Shown: positions 16,222 to 23,728 of the stretch, one piece after another
How positions within the stretch are numbered: the first letter of the stretch is position 1
Layout of the letters: each line of letters begins with the position of its first letter
Source: Kiloniellales bacterium
Lineage (GTDB): Bacteria > Pseudomonadota > Alphaproteobacteria > Kiloniellales > JAKSDN01
Reading direction: 5' to 3'
DNA length: 64,000 bases
NCBI GenBank assembly: GCA_033720555.1
Contig: JAWWCG010000001.1
Location: 3,357 to 67,356 of the forward strand
Made by a program: the position numbers and the translations under genes
The notes under the pieces: generated by a model
Told to the model about the DNA's origin: nothing
The model's input: only the letters and a program-made list of their open reading frames with translations
The model's database searches: none

Positions 16222-17030
16222 TTGAGGAGGGGTATTACCGCGAGAAATTGCTGTACGACCACGTTCTGGACGAAGGAGTTCTGGGTGGGGCGGGCAAGTT
16301 TTCAATCATTGACGGATATCGTCCGTCAGTCTGGGCCATCGATAACGTATCGCTGGATAGGCCGCGCACGAGATTGCATTGGCATCCTCCGGGCCACGCT
16401 GCGTGGTTTGAGTGGCGGTTGGACAGATCTGTCCCGGTATCCGGATTCGTCGCCGAACGAATCGGCTGTGCTGCGCTTACAGCAATGGGGTCGACGCTGG
16501 CCCAGTTTTTCGACCACGCAAAGCTGCATCGATTCTATCCGCTATCAGAGGGAGGCAAAGGCGGGTGGGTGATGGTAGAAAATCCTATCGAGCAGTCCGT
16601 TGAGGAGTTTCCGTTTGGCGAGCTTGGCCCTCTATTGATTATGCTCCTGGTCGTTCGCTACAGAAAACCAAATGGTTCTCGCGTGAATGCAATGCTCAGG
16701 CATCTCGTGATCGTCCCGGTTGGCAATGAGTATCAGGAGCTTGGAGCGTTTGTGGCCACCGGCGATGATTTCGACATGGCAAATTTGTGCTGGGAGGTTC
16801 GTTGTCGCGTGGGTGCTGCCATGACGATGTGGTCGCTTGGGACGCCGGTGGCGGAGCTAGAAGCGTTGCCAAAGATGCAGCGCGCGCGCCTCAAAAGAGA
16901 CAGGCGGATTCTTTCCCCTTGTAAGATACTTGCGACGGATGCCTTCGAGGCGCTTTCTGAGGAGACGCTTAATACGCTTCTGGAGGCAGCCAAGGAGCGA
17001 AAAGGGCCGCTTGCTGCAAGGGAGGGGTGA
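16218..17030 (+). CDS. hypothetical protein, paralog of 62445..63389
   Basis: 4-nt overlap with the upstream gene. Shares HWHPPGHAAWFEWRL / VWVPPWHTTWLEWRV and QRARLKRDRR / QRARRKRKKR blocks with 62445..63389. Confidence 0.55.
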   Translation: MIEEGYYREKLLYDHVLDEGVLGGAGKFSIIDGYRPSVWAIDNVSLDRPRTRLHWHPPGHAAWFEWRLDRSVPVSGFVAERIGCAALTAMGSTLAQFFDHAKLHRFYPLSEGGKGGWVMVENPIEQSVEEFPFGELGPLLIMLLVVRYRKPNGSRVNAMLRHLVIVPVGNEYQELGAFVATGDDFDMANLCWEVRCRVGAAMTMWSLGTPVAELEALPKMQRARLKRDRRILSPCKILATDAFEALSEETLNTLLEAAKERKGPLAAREG

Positions 17031-17419
17031 GCGGCATGCAGGAGATGAATTCCAAGTTTCTCAGGAGCGTGAAAAATAGGACCATCCTTGGGTTCGCGCT
17101 GTATCTGCCCAGCGACGTGCTTCTACAGCCTCAGCGCCCTGGGCCCTTGGCCGAGTCTTTGCGTGACTCTGCTGAATTTTTGGAGAAATTGGCGGGAGCA
17201 GGATGCAATGTTTCCGTGGTTCGGCGTGACGGCTTGGTTTGTGCGCGCATTTCAACGACGGATCACGAACTTGCGAGAAAGGCAAATTTTGCCATTGTCA
17301 GCCTTGGGAATCAGCGAGGCGATGAGTGGGTTGGCGAAATTCGGGCGCCCTGGACCGAGCATGAGGAAGCTCTGACCGAGGAAGCGTTCGAGGAAATGCT
17401 TCGATTGTCCTGGAATTAA
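17027..17419 (+). CDS. hypothetical protein
   Basis: 130-aa ORF overlapping the upstream stop by 4 nt. Confidence 0.5.
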   Translation: MSGMQEMNSKFLRSVKNRTILGFALYLPSDVLLQPQRPGPLAESLRDSAEFLEKLAGAGCNVSVVRRDGLVCARISTTDHELARKANFAIVSLGNQRGDEWVGEIRAPWTEHEEALTEEAFEEMLRLSWN

Positions 17420-17439
17420 AGGTGAGAGGAACTGTTCCG

Positions 17440-17733
17440 ATGATTAAGTCAGGGAGCAAGGTGGTGGATGAGCAGTGCCTTTATTGTTTAGAGCCCGTCG
17501 GGGAGAGGCGCCGCGACGATTCGTTTGCAGGAATATCGGACGTCGTCATGACGGCAGACGGACCGCGCCTGAGCCATCGGGCGTGTTCAATTCGGAATGT
17601 CGTCGGATCCGTGGCGCATCAAGAGAAGCGATGCTCCTGCTACGGGGGTACGTCGCATGACGAGGAGTTTGCTTCAGCGCGCGATGCAGCCATTGCGGCA
17701 GCGCGTCGGTTTTGCGAAAACGAAATGAACTAG
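17440..17733 (+). CDS. Cys/His-rich small protein
   Basis: ATG 17440 with GAGAGGA 9 nt upstream. CLYCLE ... HRAC ... CSCYGGTSH. Confidence 0.5.
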   Translation: MIKSGSKVVDEQCLYCLEPVGERRRDDSFAGISDVVMTADGPRLSHRACSIRNVVGSVAHQEKRCSCYGGTSHDEEFASARDAAIAAARRFCENEMN

Positions 17734-18083
17734 GGGTTAAAAGATGACAGAAGAACGACGTCAGAACTTGCTCGCTATCATTGCAAAGACCGACAAGCTT
17801 TCGCACGACATACGCGCGCGCAGAAGGTAATAGCGATTCATTTTTTTGGAGATTGGCAGCTCTTGTTGGAGAGCTGGCGGCACATTACGAAGAATGTCTA
17901 AGCCAAGGTGTGGATTTCGAAAAGGATATGCGGCCGATAGAGTTGGAGACACAAGGCGCGGAAAAGTTTGGCACCAAGTTCAGCGAGGGCGGCGTTGGTA
18001 GTAGTCTCCAGGGTGCGGTAACCTCGCAGCCGAATCAGCGGCCTGTCGAGAGGGTGGGTTAAGGAACAAGGGAAAGTTTCGCT

Positions 18084-18935
18084 TTGAAGAAATTGGCATT
18101 GGCAGCGGCGTGCGCCGCCTTGGTGGCGGCGTGGACGGCGCAGCGCTCGGAGGCGGAGATTATCGAAATTTGGGGTTCTCATCAGTGCCCCATCAGCCAT
18201 TACTGGGACGGCTGGAATTGCACCTATGGGCCCTGGTGGGACGGTAGCGGCGGCGATGATCCGCCCATCGATCCTGGCACCGGCGGATGCGGAGGCGTGT
18301 GCGGCGGCGATGGCGATGGCGATGGCGACGGAGGCGGAGACGACGATGACGATCCGCCAGAAGACGAGTGTGAGACCTGCCACAGCGTCTATGACAATTG
18401 CATGGCTGCGGCCGACGCGCAGCAAGATGCCTGCGAGCTGCACGGCAGACAGCGCGCGAATATGAAGTGCAACCTGGGAGTTGGCGGCCCTCCGGGCTAT
18501 GAGGCGAGCCACACGTTCGGTGTGGGTGGTCGCTCGATTGCCGACCTCATCTCTGGGGCGGCAACAATTCCCGGCTTTCAGCCGTCGGACTTTGAATACG
18601 AGTGCTTTTCCGGGCCCATCGAGACCGGTGAGGACGGCCGGCCTGGCCGCCCGGTTCGCATCTGCGCATTCAACAATGCGGACTCCTGTCCGGCGACCTA
18701 CCGCCAAGATATTCCATCGCTCACTGAGCACGTCGAGGAGACCTTTCAGGGCTCGCTCAACGTTAGCGGCATCGGCAGCCAGGGAGGTGTCAAGCGCAGG
18801 ATCGACGTGAGCTGGGGCGGCAAAACCGGCTGGGCGTCTCAGTGCGCCGGGCTAGGCGATAAATTTGCCGATATGTGTCATGAACGGAGGTTCGAATGCA
18901 CCAGCACCAACGGATGCTATTCCGTTATCTTCTAG
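18084..18935 (+). CDS. Secreted Cys-rich protein with Gly/Asp low-complexity tract
   Basis: TTG start. Signal peptide KKLALAAACAALVAAWTAQRSEA. GGCGGVCGGDGDGDGDGGGDDDDDPPEDEC tract. About 20 Cys. Confidence 0.6.
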   Translation: MKKLALAAACAALVAAWTAQRSEAEIIEIWGSHQCPISHYWDGWNCTYGPWWDGSGGDDPPIDPGTGGCGGVCGGDGDGDGDGGGDDDDDPPEDECETCHSVYDNCMAAADAQQDACELHGRQRANMKCNLGVGGPPGYEASHTFGVGGRSIADLISGAATIPGFQPSDFEYECFSGPIETGEDGRPGRPVRICAFNNADSCPATYRQDIPSLTEHVEETFQGSLNVSGIGSQGGVKRRIDVSWGGKTGWASQCAGLGDKFADMCHERRFECTSTNGCYSVIF

Positions 18936-19612
18936 CCGGCACTGCCGTGGCGGCGGTGGCCACGGGCGCTTTTTGGGCTTCGACTCGGCCTGCCCAGGCG
19001 CCCCTCCAGGCCGCCGCAGACGCTCCGAGCGGCATCGCCATCTCGGGCGTTGTGGCGGCCAATGAGCGGGCTCTGGCGGCCCCTGGCGGCCACCGGCGTG
19101 CGCTGCCCCAGCTGGCCGTCGAGCGCGAGCTGACGGCGGCTGAGGAGGCGCTGCCGGCGGCTATGCGGCCATCGGCCGAAAGCCTGACTCCGGTGACCGA
19201 CCTGATGCCGCGCGTGCCACCAGGGGCCGACCTCGACGAGCTGCCGCCCATCGAGCGGGAACTGAGCCCAGGGCAACAGGCCAACCACGAGCGCGTCATG
19301 CGCGAAAAGAAGGCCGCCTACGAGGCGTGGGAGCGCGACGCCGGCCTTTCGCCCGGTCAGCGTGAGGCGTGTCGTCAGATCATGAGGGAGCTTCAGTGGC
19401 TCCAGGCGCAGGCGCGGGCGAAGTACCCCGAGGGGCTGCCGGATGAGTGCCAGGACCTGATTTGCTACTCGGAACTCTTGGGCCACCAGGAAAGCCTCCG
19501 TGAGCGGTTCCTGCAAGTCATCAGCATCGAGCAATGGGAGGCGTTCCTGGGCGTCTTCGGCTCGACGACGATGGTGATGGCCTACCTCGAAAACTACATG
19601 TTCCTCTACTAG
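18896..19612 (+). CDS. Exported/signal-anchored protein
   Basis: N-terminal hydrophobic segment LFRYLLAGTAVAAVATGAFWAS, then a helical Glu/Arg-rich region. Overlaps the upstream gene by 40 nt. Confidence 0.5.
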   Translation: MHQHQRMLFRYLLAGTAVAAVATGAFWASTRPAQAPLQAAADAPSGIAISGVVAANERALAAPGGHRRALPQLAVERELTAAEEALPAAMRPSAESLTPVTDLMPRVPPGADLDELPPIERELSPGQQANHERVMREKKAAYEAWERDAGLSPGQREACRQIMRELQWLQAQARAKYPEGLPDECQDLICYSELLGHQESLRERFLQVISIEQWEAFLGVFGSTTMVMAYLENYMFLY

Positions 19613-19619
19613 CCTTTTT

Positions 19620-19705
19620 GGCGGCCCGCCGGCTCCCCCCCCCCTATTCGCTGCCCGTGGTGAGCGCCTCGGGCACCCCACACCGGCGGGCCGCCGTTTC
19701 TTTCC
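19620..19705 (+). terminator. Terminator-like 13-bp inverted repeat with 50-nt loop containing a C10 tract
   Basis: GGCGGCCCGCCGG (19620-19632) / CCGGCGGGCCGCC (19683-19695) followed by GTTTCTTTCC. C10 run at 19635-19644. Confidence 0.4.
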
Positions 19706-19915
19706 AAGCGCAACTAGTTATCATGAAACGTGTGGCAGCACGTCTGTGGGGCTTGCATGAAAGTTGGCCAAGACCGCGTAAAGAAGGTTCTGGCCTCTGG
19801 CTGGCGGCTGCACTACGGTCGCCTCCCCTGCTCCATGTGCGGACGCACGGTTATCTTCGCGTGGTCCGCTCAGCTAAGAGACGAGAGCTGCCCCGAGCGA
19901 TGATAGCATCGCCTC

Positions 19916-20530
19916 ATGCCCTTTCCCGTCTATGACATTGCGTCCGAGACCGCCAACGGGCGCGTAAACCTGTCCGACCTTCACGATGAAATCGTGGCGG
20001 CGGGGCCCTACACGCCAGTTTTTGAGGGCGTGACTCGATCTGGCGGCGACGTGACGGTTCACTTCGACGCCACGCCGCCCGTTCCTGAGCAGGTGACGGT
20101 GACGACGACCGTGGGTCTTCATCAGGGTGACCAAGCCGTCGAAATCGTCAGTATTCCGCTCGTGACGCAGGCGTTCAATATCACGAGCCCGGGGTTCACA
20201 TTCATCGCCGGCGTGCAGCTGCGGCCGGAGATCTTGGTCAACTCGCTCGCAGACTCGTTCTTTCAGATTCGCGCCGTGACAAACGTTCTGGGGACCGGCG
20301 CGCGCCTTCGCCTCGTCGAGGAGGATCCGGAGCTGATCTCCGACGACGTGGTTCTCGGCGCACGCAACCTTGATGACACTGTCGGCGCGCTCATCACTCG
20401 CATTGTCAACGCCGATGACAACCCCCCTCGCGGTCGTCGGCGCGAGTATCGCCTAGAGGGTCGCCTCAGCACTGCTACGTCGGCGGTGATTCGCTCGGTT
20501 GTTCTCCGATTGATGGAAAACGTCCCCTAG
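19916..20530 (+). CDS. hypothetical beta-rich protein adjoining the fibre cluster
   Basis: 204-aa ORF. Its stop overlaps the stop of the convergent gene 20527..21105 by 4 nt. Confidence 0.5.
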   Translation: MPFPVYDIASETANGRVNLSDLHDEIVAAGPYTPVFEGVTRSGGDVTVHFDATPPVPEQVTVTTTVGLHQGDQAVEIVSIPLVTQAFNITSPGFTFIAGVQLRPEILVNSLADSFFQIRAVTNVLGTGARLRLVEEDPELISDDVVLGARNLDDTVGALITRIVNADDNPPRGRRREYRLEGRLSTATSAVIRSVVLRLMENVP

Positions 20531-21105
20531 GTCTGCATCCGATACAGTGCAATGAACGATCCCGGCGAAATCGAAGACGACGCCGCGGCGGCACTGGTGA
20601 TGCACTCAAAGCCCAGGCTTGTGATGTTCGTGACGGTGTTGAACCACTGGCCGACGTATTCCCAGAGCCAGTGATCGTTTTGCGAGGCGTCGCCCAACTG
20701 CGCATGGCGTTGGCCGCCGGTATGACGAAACAAGCGGCGACCGTTCGGGCTTCCTGTGCGTGCATGGAGGAACCCCCACGAGTAGCTCGTGTACGGGGCG
20801 ATCTCATCGTTGTCGGCAGTGCGGGCAACGAGTACGCCGTCAAGGACGCCGGAGGCATCGAGCAGGCCAGGCGATCCCAGGTCCCTTTGATACCCGATGG
20901 TCGTCGCGACTCCTGCGCCTGACGGGCTGGATCCGTTGATTGATACGCGGATGCGCAAATCCGCGGTAGTTGGGCTCACCCAATAAAGAAGCCATGAGTA
21001 GATGCGATCGGTGTCGCCGTCGAGGCCGGAAAACGTCCCGAACGTCGAGACGGCGGGCCCGGCTGGAACCGTCAGAGTCTGAAGATGCTCCCATGCGCCG
21101 CTCAT
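20527..21105 (-). CDS. small beta-rich structural paralog (FxGLxGDxD family), member 3
   Basis: GTFSGLDGDTDRIYSWLL block shared with 21106..21657 and 21654..22373. Starts immediately after the upstream stop. Confidence 0.55.
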   Translation of the reverse strand: MSGAWEHLQTLTVPAGPAVSTFGTFSGLDGDTDRIYSWLLYWVSPTTADLRIRVSINGSSPSGAGVATTIGYQRDLGSPGLLDASGVLDGVLVARTADNDEIAPYTSYSWGFLHARTGSPNGRRLFRHTGGQRHAQLGDASQNDHWLWEYVGQWFNTVTNITSLGFECITSAAAASSSISPGSFIALYRMQT

Positions 21106-21657
21106 TTAGAACTCCAGCTTCCACAGCGTCATCGACGACGAGGTGTCCATGTTTTCTGTGCTACCGGCAGCGTTCGCGTTTTGGCGATATTGAAATCGCA
21201 AGCTGGTCACGTTCGTCGCCGTATCGTTCCAGTAGATGTTTCCGGTACGAACCGGCGCTAGCGGCAGGTTGGGTAGCGTTCCTGTTGCATCGGGAGTGAT
21301 GCGGCTGTCCTGGACATGAATCAGGCGCATGCCCGCGCCAGAGCGGGCAATGAAAATACCGAAGAACTGACAGATTGAGCCAGTTTGCGGGTTGGTGTCC
21401 GCGATGTCGGCGCCTGCAATAACGGCAATCGAGCCGGCAAGGTTCGAAAATCGAAGAGAACCCTGCCCTCCTGCGACGTCAGGGTCAGAGGGGACCGTCG
21501 AGTTGATATCAAGCATAAGGCCAAAGCCGCTGGCCGCGGTCGAGATCACCCTGCCCTGCCAGACGTATCCTCCATCGACGTCTCCGTTGAGCCCTGTAAA
21601 AAGAAAGGTTGGATCAGGGGTCGTAATCGTCTGGGTTTCAATGAGCGCACCGATCAC
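21106..21657 (-). CDS. small beta-rich structural paralog (FxGLxGDxD family), member 2
   Basis: FLFTGLNGDVDGGYVWQG block. 4-nt overlap with the upstream gene. Confidence 0.55.
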   Translation of the reverse strand: MIGALIETQTITTPDPTFLFTGLNGDVDGGYVWQGRVISTAASGFGLMLDINSTVPSDPDVAGGQGSLRFSNLAGSIAVIAGADIADTNPQTGSICQFFGIFIARSGAGMRLIHVQDSRITPDATGTLPNLPLAPVRTGNIYWNDTATNVTSLRFQYRQNANAAGSTENMDTSSSMTLWKLEF

Positions 21658-22373
21658 GAGGTCACCAGATGGTAGAGGTGAAAAGACGACCCTTGGCCGA
21701 TGCCCGTAACAACGGCATCGGCAGCGTTGACCGACGTCAGGTCGATGGAGGTAATGGCGGTGCTGTTGGCAAAGTTATCGCCGCCCTGCCCGCACGTTCC
21801 CTGGGACGCAAGGCCGTTTCGGGCAAAATGCCAAATCGGCATGCGTTGGTTGGCAAAGGCGTCGCCGGTGCTGGTCGATGCCGCGTTGAATGAAGCCCAC
21901 CCTTGAATGATCGCGGCGGTGTCGGCGACCTGTGTGACGAGCTTAGCGATGTCTCCGTCAGCCTCGGCAGCATCGGCGGCTGCAGAGGAGGCATACAGGG
22001 CAGATACGGGTTTGGCGGCCTGTTGGGCAATGCCGTTGTAGTTCCAGCGTAAACCGTTGGCGGAGTTGATCTTGTACCAATCAACGAGCAAAAAATAGAA
22101 AACCTCGGTGTCCCCCGATAGGCCAGAGAACGAGATCGAGGACGTGTCGGCGCCGACGTCGATTGTCTCAAGAAGCGTGACCGTGTCGGGGATGCCTCGC
22201 TTGGACCAATCCGTGTCTCCTGGGCCGATCTTGGTGAACACACAGCCGTTCGTCGTCGACAGGAACATCGACCCTTCAAGGGCCGGCGTTGGCGTAATCG
22301 TCGGATCTTGGCTGCCAGAGAGGATGATCTGGCCGGGCGTTATCTCCAGCTCGTCGGACTTGTAGGCGGCCAT
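21654..22373 (-). CDS. fibre-associated protein: N-terminal motif shared with 22373..22555 + FxGLxGDxD domain (member 1)
   Basis: KSDELEITPGQIILSGSQDP...GSMFLSTTNGCVFTKIGPGDTDW parallels the 60-aa upstream protein. Then SISFSGLSGDTEVFYFLL. Confidence 0.55.
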   Translation of the reverse strand: MAAYKSDELEITPGQIILSGSQDPTITPTPALEGSMFLSTTNGCVFTKIGPGDTDWSKRGIPDTVTLLETIDVGADTSSISFSGLSGDTEVFYFLLVDWYKINSANGLRWNYNGIAQQAAKPVSALYASSAAADAAEADGDIAKLVTQVADTAAIIQGWASFNAASTSTGDAFANQRMPIWHFARNGLASQGTCGQGGDNFANSTAITSIDLTSVNAADAVVTGIGQGSSFHLYHLVTS

Positions 22374-22555
22374 CAGCTTAGCTGCGTCCAGTCGGTGGTT
22401 GCCGCACCGGTCTTTGAGTAAAGGGACCCGTCGTCGCGAAGGAACAGGGAGCCAATGGGTAAATCGAGACCTGTCGAGCTAGGGTCAATGGAGCCGCTCG
22501 TGATGATGACGCCGGTGCTCAGCTCGTATTCGTCAGACTTAATGGGTTTGGCCAT
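22373..22555 (-). CDS. 60-aa protein carrying only the shared N-terminal motif
   Basis: KSDEYELSTGVIITSGSIDP...GSLFLRDDGSLYSKTGAATTDW. 1-nt overlap with the downstream paralog. Confidence 0.5.
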   Translation of the reverse strand: MAKPIKSDEYELSTGVIITSGSIDPSSTGLDLPIGSLFLRDDGSLYSKTGAATTDWTQLS

Positions 22556-22582
22556 GACCGCTCCTTTCGACTGGGAAGTTTC

Positions 22583-23428
22583 TTATCCGGCGATGATGAA
22601 TCGTAGCTCATCGCCCGCGGTCGGGGGTGCCGTCGTGATGACGCGAAAGTCCGTTGTCGTGCGATCAGGGCCGGCAATGTCAGGGCAATCAATGCCAAGG
22701 ATGGATGTCATCCCCTGGTTTGCAGGAAAGACGCTGTAGGTGTCGGTCGAGCGCGTGAATCCCAGAGGGACCATGAAGTCAGAGCCCTCGACCCCGGTTG
22801 CCGTGTAGGTGACAATGACGGGGTCGGTGAATGTGCCGCTGGATCCGCCGGGTTCCGGCGGCGCCGCAATGGAGACGTCTGGGGCCCCTCCCCCGCCCGT
22901 GCGGATGACGCGCGCAAACTGGCTAGGCTTGATGAAGTTTCGGCATCCGCCTGGTGCGGTGAAGCTGGTCGTGGCCAACTCGAAGTTGACGTTGTCTTGG
23001 CTGATTTCGACGCCAATCGAGCCCGTAAAGCGGCTCGGAGAAGCCACGATGACTGTCGACAGATCGCCCAGTGCGGAGACGTCCGAGCTAGCTCCGACGC
23101 CTGGCGTTGGGGGTACCGCGAGTGTCACGGCTGCAATGGTGGTTTCCTCGCCCTGGACGTCGACCGAATCCACGGTTCCGATGGATAGGCCCTGTACGCG
23201 GACGCGCGCGTCGGTGGCGCCAAAGGTAAGGGTCTTGGCGCCGGGGGCCTGGAAGAGTGCGACCTGGCAGAACTCCCCGCCGTTGTTCGCTGCCTCGATG
23301 ATCACATTCCCGTTGCGGAAGCTGCCAGAGACAACGATGGTCTTGAGAGAGTTGATGCCGCTGATGTCGCCGGTGGTGCCGACGCCATTTCCGACGGGGA
23401 TGTTCAGGGCTACACCGACAGTGGCCAT
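22583..23428 (-). CDS. Fibre paralog 6 (duplicated N-terminal module + short C-terminal domain)
   Basis: 281 aa. MATVGVALNIPVGNGVG...FCQVALF...ARVRVQG, then LAVPPTPGVGAS...GVEISQDNVNFE...FARVIRTGGGGAPDVSI. Confidence 0.7.
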   Translation of the reverse strand: MATVGVALNIPVGNGVGTTGDISGINSLKTIVVSGSFRNGNVIIEAANNGGEFCQVALFQAPGAKTLTFGATDARVRVQGLSIGTVDSVDVQGEETTIAAVTLAVPPTPGVGASSDVSALGDLSTVIVASPSRFTGSIGVEISQDNVNFELATTSFTAPGGCRNFIKPSQFARVIRTGGGGAPDVSIAAPPEPGGSSGTFTDPVIVTYTATGVEGSDFMVPLGFTRSTDTYSVFPANQGMTSILGIDCPDIAGPDRTTTDFRVITTAPPTAGDELRFIIAG

Positions 23429-23431
23429 TGC

Positions 23432-23728
23432 CTACTCCTTGGGCTCTAGAACGGCTCGAAGAAACGGAGCCGCGTGAATCATGATCGCGGGATTGTATGG
23501 AGCGCTTGGTTCGGAGATGACGTCTCGTAGAAGCTCCCAGTGCGCCGTGTCGAGCTGAACAGTGCCGTTGGCTTCTTTGACGAGCCGGATAATCTCGACG
23601 GCCTGAAAGATGGTTTTTGCAGACGCGCCGAATTTGCGGTCGCTGGTCATGCCTTCGACCCATTGGGCAAAGCTAAGGTCGTCTCCGTTGGGGAGAGTGA
23701 CGGGCGGCGGGACGGTAAGAGTCTTCAT
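23432..23728 (-). CDS. small protein between fibre genes (possible adaptor or chaperone)
   Basis: 98-aa ORF overlapping the stop of the 914-aa fibre gene by 4 nt. Confidence 0.5.
   Translation of the reverse strand: MKTLTVPPPVTLPNGDDLSFAQWVEGMTSDRKFGASAKTIFQAVEIIRLVKEANGTVQLDTAHWELLRDVISEPSAPYNPAIMIHAAPFLRAVLEPKE

Noticed and set aside
17740-18083. Lower-GC stretch with the track ORF 17781-18062 and a 28-aa ORF at 17744.
   Set aside because: Neither ORF has a convincing SD or protein-like composition. It may be a promoter or leader for the secreted-protein cassette. It is mentioned under that finding and left unannotated.
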